DNA of 24,037 nt, taken from an archaeon (GTDB lineage Archaea > EX4484-52 > B79-G9). The DNA lies in NCBI GenBank assembly GCA_043813875.1, contig JBDRKP010000063.1, positions 1 to 24,037 on the forward strand, given 5' to 3'. Of the stretch, positions 16,675 through 24,037 are shown one piece after another; position 1 is the first letter of the stretch; each line of letters begins with the position of its first letter. The notes below the pieces were generated by a model, which saw nothing but the letters and a program-made list of their open reading frames with translations, was not told the origin of the DNA and ran no database searches. Position numbers and translations under genes: made by a program.

Positions 16675-18777
16675 CTACCTGTATCTTCCTGCCAGCCATT
16701 CTGTGAGCTTGCTTTTCTTTACTGCTTCCGTGGACATGAGGCCGTGGTCTTCTTCGGGGTTCGCTATCAGGCCTTTCAAGGGGTCGTAGGCGTGCTCGCG
16801 CATGTTTACCCATTGCTGGCTTTCGAACATCTCGTCTATGCCGTAGAATTCTTTAGGGAGTTTGAGAGGGTCGGTGTCTTTTGATAGTTCTTTCATGAGC
16901 AGCCTGAATGAGACTGCGCTTTCTTTTATGCCGTATGAGCCCATCTCCCAGATGAGGTATGAGTTCTTCATGCCTTTCTGTTTCATCTGGTAGAGCCAGC
17001 GGTAGATTATCTGCATGTCGCGGGATATGCGGTCTATCGGGGCGTGGGCGCCCATGACGGGTCTTGGGGCGTTTATGTGGACCATTTTTATGTATCTGCC
17101 TTCGCCGTCTTTCAGTGTCTTTATGTCGTCGGGGACGCTGATGTAGTTTACTGTGAGGTGCTCGAAGTCGACGCAGTAGGCGGTGCGTTTGCCTTCGTCG
17201 AGGTTCTTCACCAGTTTTATGTGGTCGCCTGCGCTCATGATCCTCAGCTGGCCTTCCTGGCCCTGGGGCGGCATGGCGGTCTCGATGAAGATGTTGACGT
17301 TGCCGGCTGCGCAGTAGTCGTAGACTGACTGGTCTTTTTCCAGGTCTTTGTCGTCTGCTTTCATGGACCATCGCTGGTTGCTTACGAAGAGGTGGCCCTG
17401 GATGTATTTGCATGCGACTGCGGTTATGAGTTTTTCGACGAGTTCTTTTGATTTCGGGCCGCTTTTTTCTTCTGTGGCGGAGTCGCCTGGTTTTGAGCGG
17501 TAGTGTTCGTAGCCCTGCTCGTTGTTCCATGTGATGAGGTCGGGGTCGTATTTCTTGCCGACTATGTCTTCCCAGAGGGGGTCGCCCGTCACCCACAGGT
17601 ATTTTGCGATGACGCGGTATGCTACCTGCTCTTCGCCTTCGGAGCCGTGGCGGCGCCAGAAATTAAATACTTCGTTGAAATCTGTTCTTTCGAGATAAGC
17701 ATTAGTACTCTGGAATTCTTTTATCCTTTTCTGGATATCCGGTTTCTTTCTTAACACTGCCTGTTGAAATATTGATTCCATTGTTCCCGTATCTATGCTC
17801 CTAAGTGTTGCTTCTACTCTAGCAAGCATTACTTCAACATTTACAAGTTCGTTTGTTGCCGAAGGATCAACTAATGCTTTACTTTGAAGTTGAGCTTTTC
17901 TAGCTACCAAATACTCCTTTTTATTTAATTCTTCTTGTTGTGCTTTGTTTCTTTCTTCTCTTACTCCTTCGTTCCATTCACGTAAAAGCCGATCATATTC
18001 TCCTTTTACTTTATCTTCTCCGTCTTCAAAACCACTTCCATTCTTATCCAACATGAACTCGTCGAAATATGCCACTGTGCTAACGTCAGCAGGTGCGCCC
18101 ATGGCATTGAACAGGATGCTGACAAAACGGCCCATGAACCAGTCTTGCATACTCTTGAATTTAGTGCCGCTTGGCGTTGTTTTCGGGCATGTGATGAGTC
18201 CTCTTTTCGGGTCGTTGTATTCGCATTTGTCTACTTTTTTCATGAATTCGGCGAGGTTCATGCCGTCGAAGGCGTAGAGCGCTACTCTGGGTTCCTGCTG
18301 GCCTACGTCGAAGGTGACGTGGGGGCGTATTCTTGATGAGGTGTGGAACAAGAGGTATTTGGATTCTATGAGCTTCCGTGCGGAGTAGGCGCCTTTTGTC
18401 AGCCTTTCGTGCATGATCTTCCATTCGTAGGCGCCGGCAATGCATAAGTCTATGTCGGTCATGAGGTGGAGGCCGACTTCGAATTTGCGGCCTGTGTGGA
18501 TGTCGCCCTGGCTTTTTTTTATGTGGGCGATCTGTTCTTTTATGTCGGCTTCGAACATCTCTGACAATGCCTCGTAGTCTATCTGGCAGAAGTCAAAGCC
18601 GAGCCTTGCGGCTTTCATTATCTTCCGGGCGAGGCCCATGTTGGTCAGTTTCTCTTCGCCCTGCTCGAACTGCGAGAAGCCGGGGGTGACGCCGATGATA
18701 TAGTCTATCGGATGGTTGTCTTTTGTCCATCTCTTGTCTATGAAGTTGTCTTTTGTCTGTCCGGCCATGCTGCTCAC
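16675..18777 (-). CDS. Large AP-endonuclease-2/xylose-isomerase-like TIM-barrel metalloprotein with a long helical insertion
   Basis: Metal-ligand-like motifs in endonuclease IV order: VGLH, LLFH, [~350-aa insert], IFIE, VDFEH, MVH, AH, LIWE. Start GTG 18777 or ATG 18768. Confidence 0.8.
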   Translation of the reverse strand: MSSMAGQTKDNFIDKRWTKDNHPIDYIIGVTPGFSQFEQGEEKLTNMGLARKIMKAARLGFDFCQIDYEALSEMFEADIKEQIAHIKKSQGDIHTGRKFEVGLHLMTDIDLCIAGAYEWKIMHERLTKGAYSARKLIESKYLLFHTSSRIRPHVTFDVGQQEPRVALYAFDGMNLAEFMKKVDKCEYNDPKRGLITCPKTTPSGTKFKSMQDWFMGRFVSILFNAMGAPADVSTVAYFDEFMLDKNGSGFEDGEDKVKGEYDRLLREWNEGVREERNKAQQEELNKKEYLVARKAQLQSKALVDPSATNELVNVEVMLARVEATLRSIDTGTMESIFQQAVLRKKPDIQKRIKEFQSTNAYLERTDFNEVFNFWRRHGSEGEEQVAYRVIAKYLWVTGDPLWEDIVGKKYDPDLITWNNEQGYEHYRSKPGDSATEEKSGPKSKELVEKLITAVACKYIQGHLFVSNQRWSMKADDKDLEKDQSVYDYCAAGNVNIFIETAMPPQGQEGQLRIMSAGDHIKLVKNLDEGKRTAYCVDFEHLTVNYISVPDDIKTLKDGEGRYIKMVHINAPRPVMGAHAPIDRISRDMQIIYRWLYQMKQKGMKNSYLIWEMGSYGIKESAVSFRLLMKELSKDTDPLKLPKEFYGIDEMFESQQWVNMREHAYDPLKGLIANPEEDHGLMSTEAVKKSKLTEWLAGRYR

Positions 18778-18879
18778 AAGTGTCTAAAATATATATACCT
18801 TGGTGTCTTAATAGATATTGTATATTATGCCGGTGCCAGAATAAATAATTTTTTGGGTATTGCCGGTTTATGGGTGGTC

Positions 18880-19398
18880 ATGATAAATCTTGATTTTGTC
18901 GATAAGCTGAAGACGAAGTTCCAGAAGAAGAACCTGGATCAGGAGATTGATGCTGCTTTTGATGATTCGGGGGCTTATTCTAAGAAGGTGCTTGACAGCA
19001 ATAGCAAGTATTCGCGGGGTGATGAGCAGCTGAGCAGCGCGTACCAGCTTGAGAGGCAGCCTGAGCCGCCGAAGCCGGTTGTTGCGCCGGGTCTTGATAA
19101 TCCGGTCGATGTCTATGATCAGCGGCAGTCGACAGATATTGATGATCCGCTTTCGCTTCCTGCCGGTATTGACCGGCCGCCGCAGCAGGGTGGGGCGCCT
19201 TTGCAGAGGATGAAGGAGCGATCGACGGATTATGAGCGAAGGGAGTTTTTCGGTGCGAGTCCGCCGATGGCGAGCAGGTCTGATCTTGCAAATGCTGATG
19301 TGGGTACTATCCTTCTTGAGCTTAAGGATCTGCGTACGCAGAATGAGCATATCATGGATCTGCTGAAGAATATCCAGGACCGGCTGAGACGGTACTAG
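18880..19398 (+). CDS. Hypothetical protein (172 aa): disordered P/D-rich body and C-terminal coiled coil
   Basis: Start moved to ATG 18880 (GGGTGG SD; avoids overlap with the divergent gene). C-terminal heptads ILLELKDLRTQNEHIMDLLKNIQDRL. Confidence 0.8.
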   Translation: MINLDFVDKLKTKFQKKNLDQEIDAAFDDSGAYSKKVLDSNSKYSRGDEQLSSAYQLERQPEPPKPVVAPGLDNPVDVYDQRQSTDIDDPLSLPAGIDRPPQQGGAPLQRMKERSTDYERREFFGASPPMASRSDLANADVGTILLELKDLRTQNEHIMDLLKNIQDRLRRY

Positions 19399-19404
19399 GC
19401 GAGG

Positions 19405-19914
19405 TCATAGTTTTTGCGCGACTGTCTGTTCTCTTTGGTATATGCCGTATAGTTTTTTCATCTCGATGAGCATCCTGTAGTAGATCTCTCTTCCTTCTTC
19501 CAGTACTTTTGTGCGGTAGTTGTTGTAGAACATGTAGTTGTAGGACCACCACAGGCTTTTCTGGATGCTGTGGGTGTATTCGTATTCTGTCTCGAGGGTG
19601 CCTACCAGTTTCATTTTCATCCAGCCGTTTTTTTCGGGGTCGCCAAGTGTCTGCTGTCCCCAGGCGCGGACCATTATCCTTATGTTTGTCCAACGGTCCC
19701 ATGGCCTTTTGCCTACCCATTCGGCTTTGAAGTCGCCGCCTGTCTGGTCCCAGCCGAGGTAGTGTATGTAGAATTTGGGGTTGTCTATCTCCATTGTCTT
19801 TAAGACTATGTCTTTTACGTATCTTCTTACGCGGAACGGCTCTTTTCCTTTGAAGCTTATGACGATGTTGTCTGATTCCTGGGTCAGTTCATCCTTGTAC
19901 TTTAACATGGGCAT
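19405..19914 (-). CDS. Hypothetical alpha/beta protein, paralog of 19889-20422
   Basis: Native codon bias; shares G..P, W...D..T, TEY....IQ.S and FY...R....E.G motifs with its neighbour. Confidence 0.85.
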   Translation of the reverse strand: MPMLKYKDELTQESDNIVISFKGKEPFRVRRYVKDIVLKTMEIDNPKFYIHYLGWDQTGGDFKAEWVGKRPWDRWTNIRIMVRAWGQQTLGDPEKNGWMKMKLVGTLETEYEYTHSIQKSLWWSYNYMFYNNYRTKVLEEGREIYYRMLIEMKKLYGIYQREQTVAQKL

Positions 19915-20422
19915 GGTGTCTCAATTCCTCGGAGTATTCCTTCAGGGTGTTTTCAAATTCTGATGCCAGGTCTTTGCCTAGCTCTATCCATTTCTGCCTT
20001 TGCTTGGCGTAGAATGTGTCATGCCAGAAACGACGGACCATCTCGTAGAGTATTGATTGCTGGATGAGGGTGTCCTGGGGGTATTCTGTGATTATCCTCG
20101 GCTTCAGCCTTACGGAGGCGGATCCTTCGCCTTCTGTGGTGCTTCCGACAAGCACGATGTCGTATCTTAGGTATGTGTATATGTCCATCTCTTTTGTAAG
20201 GCGCCATTTGATGTTGAATTTGTCTGTGTTCTTGTGGGTTTCCCAGGTGTAGTTCATTTCCTGGATGCGGCCGACGGGTATGTTGAATATGTCGTGCATC
20301 ATCGAGCGGATCTTGTTGTAGAATTTCTCGGGGTGAGGGCCGGCGTAGTTGAAGAGGATGTCTTTTTCGCCTGGCTCGTAGAGGTTGTCGAATATTACCA
20401 GTTTTGTCCTTGCCCATACCAT
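19889..20422 (-). CDS. Hypothetical alpha/beta protein, paralog of 19405-19914
   Basis: Same motif series as its neighbour; 26-nt overlap with the downstream paralog. Confidence 0.85.
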   Translation of the reverse strand: MVWARTKLVIFDNLYEPGEKDILFNYAGPHPEKFYNKIRSMMHDIFNIPVGRIQEMNYTWETHKNTDKFNIKWRLTKEMDIYTYLRYDIVLVGSTTEGEGSASVRLKPRIITEYPQDTLIQQSILYEMVRRFWHDTFYAKQRQKWIELGKDLASEFENTLKEYSEELRHHAHVKVQG

Positions 20423-20519
20423 GTGAATTCCCCTGAAATTGTGTTAAATATATATATTAATAATTGCGGTACTATATATTATTTATCATGTGATGTGTTT
20501 GTTTGCGGGGGGTGTTTCA

Positions 20520-20798
20520 TTGCATCCGATATATGATCCAAAGACTCTTAAGAAGGCTACTGAGGCGTATTTCCAGGAGGACTGGAATGAGATGCTAAAG
20601 ATAAATCTTTCTATGCTTGATGAGCGGCCCGGTGATGAGTTTCTTTTATGGCATATCGCTGATACGTATATCAAGCTCGGCAATGTCGGGAAGGCTGTCG
20701 AGTTTGCGGAGATGATCAAGGAGAGCGATGTCCACCGGGATGATATCATGATAAAGGCGGCGCACCTGTTGCCGGCGGAGCCTCTGGATAAGGATTGA
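20520..20798 (+). CDS. Small TPR-like protein (~92 aa)
   Basis: TTG start after a GGGGGTG SD; A..YF..DW......LDERPGD...LWHIADTYIKLGNVGKAVE is a TPR pattern. Confidence 0.65.
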   Translation: MHPIYDPKTLKKATEAYFQEDWNEMLKINLSMLDERPGDEFLLWHIADTYIKLGNVGKAVEFAEMIKESDVHRDDIMIKAAHLLPAEPLDKD

Positions 20799-20813
20799 TG
20801 ACTGGTGAGGCTT

Positions 20814-20866
20814 TCTATCTTTGGCCGCGCGCGATTATCTATCTTTGGCCGCGCGCGATTATCTAT
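20814..20866. repeat. Perfect 24-nt tandem duplication (2.2 copies)
   Basis: TCTATCTTTGGCCGCGCGCGATTA at 20814-20837 and 20838-20861, followed by TCTAT. Confidence 0.95.
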
Positions 20867-21527
20867 GCCTGATATCTGCCATGTCTTTCATGCTTGATTT
20901 TTTGCTTATAGCAAATATCTTTCTTGGTTTTTTGCGGAATTGATATATCGCATTTTCCGGCTCTATTTTACTTATGTTCAAAAACGGGTATCTTTCTATG
21001 AAAGAATCGTCTGTAAACTGGGATAATGCGGTGTTCAAAACAGATATGATGTCTCTATTATATTGTGTCAGATATGGCACAATGACCATGGATTTGCCCT
21101 GCTGGATCAAATCGGTCGAAGTCTTGGCAAAACCGACTATATCGAATACTTCTTTACCATATTTGCCTGTAATCATGTAATCCTCAACAACAAGGATATC
21201 AGGATCAAATGCTTGTATGTTCGCCACACGCGTCCCTTCTCTGGGAGAAATCAATTCACTGATGTCATTTTTATAAACACTTAATCTGAAGCTCCCTTTT
21301 TCTGTATCAAAATATTCGTTCCGGTCAGCCATCAGGCTTTTCCATTCTTTTTCGTTCAGGTAATTTTCACCCATCTTTAAATAATCCGGTATCTTTTCAG
21401 TATCTTTCAGAGTATCATAGAATGTGAAATATGCATTGAAAGGGCCACCAGAGACATGGGGCAACATGCGATACAATACCCTTTTTTCGTTGACGTCAAC
21501 GACACGCCCTATTTTTTCTAAAGTCAT
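20859..21527 (-). CDS. Hypothetical protein (222 aa), AT-rich
   Basis: Long open frame with globular alpha/beta composition; codon usage differs from neighbours; no family recognised. Confidence 0.75.
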   Translation of the reverse strand: MTLEKIGRVVDVNEKRVLYRMLPHVSGGPFNAYFTFYDTLKDTEKIPDYLKMGENYLNEKEWKSLMADRNEYFDTEKGSFRLSVYKNDISELISPREGTRVANIQAFDPDILVVEDYMITGKYGKEVFDIVGFAKTSTDLIQQGKSMVIVPYLTQYNRDIISVLNTALSQFTDDSFIERYPFLNISKIEPENAIYQFRKKPRKIFAISKKSSMKDMADIRHR

Positions 21528-21646
21528 TATTGAGTAGTGAATACATAAGTTTATTAATCTTTGGGCTGATGTCTGTTACGGTCCGCAAGAGAGCTTTATC
21601 ATGCCTGAGAATCCGCATTTTGGGGCGCGTGTCCGGATGATGATCA

Positions 21647-22963
21647 TCAGCCGATGAGCTGTCTTTCTCTGCGTCTTTTGATGATGTATCTTATGAGCGC
21701 GTAGGATATGATGAGTATTGAGAGCATGAGGGCTATCTTTGCGCCTGACGGGGTGAGGTATCTTTCGATGATGTTTCCTGTCGGGGTGTTTTGGATTTCT
21801 GCTGCATTAGCCGGGATGGTGAATGATTGTTCGTATATTGTGCCTTCTGTGCCTGATATCGCAAGGCTGTGGATGCCGGGGCCAAGCGAGGCTGTGGAGA
21901 GGGCAATGTAGAAGCAGTTGTCTTTGTCCAGCATGAAGGCGATGTCCATCCTGCTGTCTATCGTGACGGTGAGGTCTTTTGCGCTGCCGTTGAGGCAGCC
22001 CTCTACTGTGAGTAACTCTTTTTTATCGTCGTAGCCGAGGAGGGGGTCTTTCTTTTCTTTCCTGTCTTCTGTGGGGATGTCTTGTTCCTGCACTTCGAAT
22101 GTGATCTTGCGCTCGATGGTGGCTGCGCCCGAGCTGACGGTTATTTTCGCTGTGCGGATGCCGATGTCTGCGGGCCCGGGGGTCATCGTGAATGCGTACC
22201 GGGATTCCTCTCCGGGGGCTATGTTCTGTGTCTCTGCGCCGGTGATGTCCAGTGCGACGCTGACGTCGTATGGTTTGTTGCCTGTGTTCTTTATTGTGAC
22301 GATGATGGATTCCTCTACTGACGGGTGCATGACGAGGGGGTATTGTATGGATCTTATCTCGAGCATGGGGGGCTGTTCTATCTGTATGGTCGTGGTGCTT
22401 GTCTTTGATGAGCCTGATTTTTTTGAGTATGAGCCGGATGATGGCGGGGTGGTGAGTGTGATCGCAGTCTTGGTGCTGTATGTGTAGTTTTTGGCTTTTG
22501 CGGAGATGTTTATGGTGTGGAGGCCTGCGTTGTAGGCCTTTGTGTCCCAGGCGATGCCGTAGGCCATGCCGGGCTGGATGTAGCCGTAGCCGTAGCCGAA
22601 GTGGTGCTGGTGGGATGTGCTGTTGTCGTTTGCGTAGCCGTAGCCGTATGTGTATGAAGAGAGGGATGTGGGGGTGAGTGTGAATGTGGAGCATATCTGC
22701 GGGGATGAGGGGGAGAGGGTGCCATTGATGCTGTATGCGCAGCCGGTGCCGTCTATGGCGAGGATTATCTCTTCGAGCGGGATGCGTTCGCCTGTGTCTA
22801 TGTCTATGTGGAATGTGAATGTGATGATGTCGCCGATTGCCGCATTTTGCGGGAGGCCGGATATGTCGAGCCTTACGGCCTCTGCGGGGCCTGAGGCGAG
22901 TAGTATGGCCAGGGTGAATATTGTTATGAGGGCGCTTGTGTATGCTCTTTCTTTGAGTACCAT
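21647..22963 (-). CDS. Membrane-anchored cell-surface protein (signal peptide, GYGYGY domain, S/T linker, Ig/CARDB-like domains, C-terminal TM)
   Basis: Signal peptide ending AEA; YTYGYGY and FGYGYGY motifs; S/T/K linker; VTIKNTG...IAPGEE CARDB-like motif; PTGNII, TM helix and KRRRER tail. Confidence 0.85.
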   Translation of the reverse strand: MVLKERAYTSALITIFTLAILLASGPAEAVRLDISGLPQNAAIGDIITFTFHIDIDTGERIPLEEIILAIDGTGCAYSINGTLSPSSPQICSTFTLTPTSLSSYTYGYGYANDNSTSHQHHFGYGYGYIQPGMAYGIAWDTKAYNAGLHTINISAKAKNYTYSTKTAITLTTPPSSGSYSKKSGSSKTSTTTIQIEQPPMLEIRSIQYPLVMHPSVEESIIVTIKNTGNKPYDVSVALDITGAETQNIAPGEESRYAFTMTPGPADIGIRTAKITVSSGAATIERKITFEVQEQDIPTEDRKEKKDPLLGYDDKKELLTVEGCLNGSAKDLTVTIDSRMDIAFMLDKDNCFYIALSTASLGPGIHSLAISGTEGTIYEQSFTIPANAAEIQNTPTGNIIERYLTPSGAKIALMLSILIISYALIRYIIKRRRERQLIG

Positions 22964-23123
22964 ATTTACACCTGTATGGTGGTTAGTACTACAAGTCGAT
23001 GAGTAAACTTATATATGTTGTGCTTGTCTGGGGATTACATGTGTATGAATGAGTGTCAATGATTGTGGGTTATGAGGAGGCATCGGCTGGATGAGAACAT
23101 CTTTTCCTGCCGCGCTCCATGGG

Positions 23124-23144
23124 GCGGGTTCCTGCGCGGGGCTG
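23124..23144. repeat. 21-nt direct repeat, copy 1
   Basis: GCGGGTTCCTGCGCGGGGCTG; 19/21 identical to 23755-23775. Confidence 0.75.
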
Positions 23145-23193
23145 TTTTCGTGGATGCGCGTGAACATCACTGATCCATGGATGATTTAGTCCA

Positions 23194-23595
23194 TCAGTCG
23201 CACACGATTTTCATTATATATGCTTCTATGTCATCAATTATGGGATCATAATCTTCTTCCTGTATGAATCTGTATCCTGTCTCTTTGGATCCTGTGATGA
23301 ACGGCAGCTTCTTTGTGATACCGCCCAGAGTGGCGCCTACCTTGCGCTCCAGTTGATGCGAGTTGTACTTGTCCATATCTCCAATGCGCTGAATCAGCCC
23401 GGGGTCCTGCCCGGCGATATAGCTGATGATGGGATCAGTGCCGTATCGTGCGTCGCTTTCCGTGCGCTGCCCGATAAGAAAAAGGACAATATATTTTTTG
23501 AGTTCGCAGATCTCTTTTGTGTATCTGCAGCTTCTTTCGAAAAAATTGTCGATAGACGGCTTTGCGTCTTCGAATGTCTTATTTTTTTGGGGCAT
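23194..23595 (-). CDS. Hypothetical protein (~133 aa), possible winged-helix DNA-binding fold
   Basis: Start placed at ATG 23595 (AGTGA SD-like); helices ending LERKVGATLGGITKKLPFI followed by a TGSKETGYRF wing-like hairpin. The ORF track extends it to 23709. Confidence 0.6.
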   Translation of the reverse strand: MPQKNKTFEDAKPSIDNFFERSCRYTKEICELKKYIVLFLIGQRTESDARYGTDPIISYIAGQDPGLIQRIGDMDKYNSHQLERKVGATLGGITKKLPFITGSKETGYRFIQEEDYDPIIDDIEAYIMKIVCD

Positions 23596-23754
23596 GTCAT
23601 CACTTTTGATCGCTGAAGTTCTGCGGTTCCCTGCGGAGCGAAACATCCGGAGGCCTGATACGGAGTTTAGCCCGTGGCTGAACCAATGTTTCTTTTTAAA
23701 GGATATCATCTTTTAATGTTTTTGTCTTTTTGAGGTGGCGGCCCCGGCCCAGGC

Positions 23755-23775
23755 GCGGGTTCCTATGCGGGGCTG
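23755..23775. repeat. 21-nt direct repeat, copy 2
   Basis: GCGGGTTCCTATGCGGGGCTG; 19/21 identical to 23124-23144. Confidence 0.75.
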
Positions 23776-23985
23776 CCTTAAGGCCATCAGAAGGTATAGG
23801 AATGTGATTGTCGAGATGATGTAGCCGGATCTCTTTTGTATTTTCCTGGATGTTTTGGGGTGATTTTTTGATGCGGACATGTCACGGATGAAAGAGAGAC
23901 TAGTACCATGACATATTAATTACCTTACGTATAAATACTACCTCTACAAAATTTATGCTTATTCTAACAAAGGGAGGTAGACAAT

Positions 23986-24037
23986 ATGAAAAGTGTAGAT
24001 ATTCATCTAAAGGATGATGAAATTGATTTTTTAAAGA
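23986..24037 (+). CDS. Partial CDS, possible ribbon-helix-helix protein N-terminus
   Basis: Strong GGAGGT SD; MKSVDIHLKDDEIDFLK shows a beta-strand-then-helix pattern; truncated by the window end. Confidence 0.5.
   Translation, partial: MKSVDIHLKDDEIDFLK

Noticed and set aside
16553..16813. ORF-track 86-aa minus-strand ORF
   Set aside because: Overlaps the TIM-barrel 3' end out of frame; the meaningful signal here is the 16575-16664 frame.
17300..18340. Intein or intron within the TIM-barrel gene
   Set aside because: No convincing C/S...HN splice termini, no LAGLIDADG motif, no BHB pair found, and the frame is continuous.
20814..20866. Mini-CRISPR array
   Set aside because: Copies are directly adjacent with no spacer and no cas genes are present.
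23713..23880. 55-codon minus-strand ORF spanning repeat copy 2
   Set aside because: No SD or recognisable motif, and the other repeat copy is not in an equivalent frame.

Overview
Archaeal chromosomal window, most consistent with a DPANN-type archaeon (BHB-intron tRNA, GGTGA Shine-Dalgarno sites, class III pilin, many lineage-specific ORFs); the taxonomy is inferred. In order: a partial GGGP-synthase-like gene with its glycerol-phosphate motifs eroded; a small DUF5679 zinc ribbon; tRNA-Leu(GAG); NnrE; tRNA-Glu(CTC); tRNA-Val(GAC) with an 82-nt intron; an AT-rich two-gene module; a Tad/type IV pilus locus (TadA, TadB, TadC, wHTH/coiled-coil protein, pilin) with a 30-aa bS22/mS38-like basic protein; a candidate C/D-box RNA; a glycogen cluster (debranching enzyme, GT3 synthase, half-GT4, full GT4); hicB and a frameshifted hicA; a ~700-aa AP-endonuclease-2-type TIM barrel; a tandem paralog pair; a TPR-like protein; a GYGYGY surface protein; and small regulators. 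The strongest novel signal is the TIM-barrel gene, which has an in-frame compositionally foreign coiled-coil cassette and a diverged orphan copy of its own C-terminal 29 aa just downstream. All calls are from manual reading and motif recall; no searches were run.
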